51,599 nucleotides of DNA from a virus (lineage: Duplodnaviria; Caudoviricetes): positions 1 to 51,599 of IMG/VR virus record IMGVR_UViG_3300048079_000024; one strand, written 5' to 3'. The position numbers and the translations under genes were made by a program. Under the pieces are notes generated by a model. It ran no database searches, was not told the DNA's origin, and was given only the letters and a program-made list of their open reading frames with translations. How positions within the stretch are numbered: the stretch's first letter is position 1; each line of letters opens with the position of its first letter. Below are positions 51,469-51,599 of this stretch, in pieces.

Positions 51469-51599
51469 CAGCAGCAGAGAAGATGCACAGGGGCAGACCA
51501 TCGCCCTTGTGCATTTTTTTTTTATTTGCGTCCCTGTTACTGTGATCGTTGCCACGAGCGAGGGGGCAGGCCCCCCCAGGCGTGCGCGAGAACCGGACG
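51396..51599 (+). repeat. Terminal direct repeat, right copy
   Basis: Matches 1-203 with one extra T. Confidence 0.97.
51483..51523 (+). terminator. Rho-independent terminator of the rightward early unit
   Basis: 12-bp stem plus T-run. Confidence 0.9.

Larger units (their letters stand above)
1..51599. mobile_element. Complete (or near-complete) dsDNA tailed phage genome, podovirus-like, probably lytic
   Basis: Terminase, portal, capsid, nozzle/ejection genes, lysis genes and PolA all present. Terminal direct repeat; two convergent gene arms; no integrase recognised. Confidence 0.95.

Noticed and set aside
1-51599. Genome-wide UGA reassignment (genetic code 4 or 25)
   Set aside because: Many genes end in TGA with ATGA/TGATG coupling and long genes are intact under code 11; only one internal UGA was found.

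Overview
The window appears to be one complete, GC-rich tailed-phage genome of about 51.4 kb with podovirus-like architecture. It is bounded by a 203/204-bp terminal direct repeat whose copies differ by one T in a homopolymer. The + strand (462-30452) is the late arm: TerS, a TerL split into separate ATPase and nuclease genes, and a ~9-kb accessory virion/lysis block (M15 endolysin, lyase/lectin-like protein, AspH-like Fe/2OG oxygenase, 13-unit repeat protein, holin, i/o-spanins). These are followed by portal, scaffold, major capsid, adaptor/nozzle genes and three ejection-type proteins. The - strand (30453-49974) carries a DUF3987-like ATPase, a UDG-PolA fusion, an SSB-like protein, a Sak4-like AAA, a PD-(D/E)XK nuclease, an Acb2/Tad1-like protein and about 40 small early genes. 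A non-coding control region (~49990-50890) holds divergent near-consensus sigma70 promoters. I found no integrase, CRISPR array or canonical tRNA. The strongest novel observation is a 104-codon early gene (46617-46303, missed by the ORF track). It has an in-frame UGA followed by a hairpin closely matching the E. coli fdhF SECIS, making it a candidate phage-encoded selenoprotein. Other notable items are two intergenic T-loop (tRNA-like) elements, a start-associated 11-mer, two promoter families and a possible pseudoknot switch after the capsid gene. All family names come from motif recognition by eye; no database searches were run.
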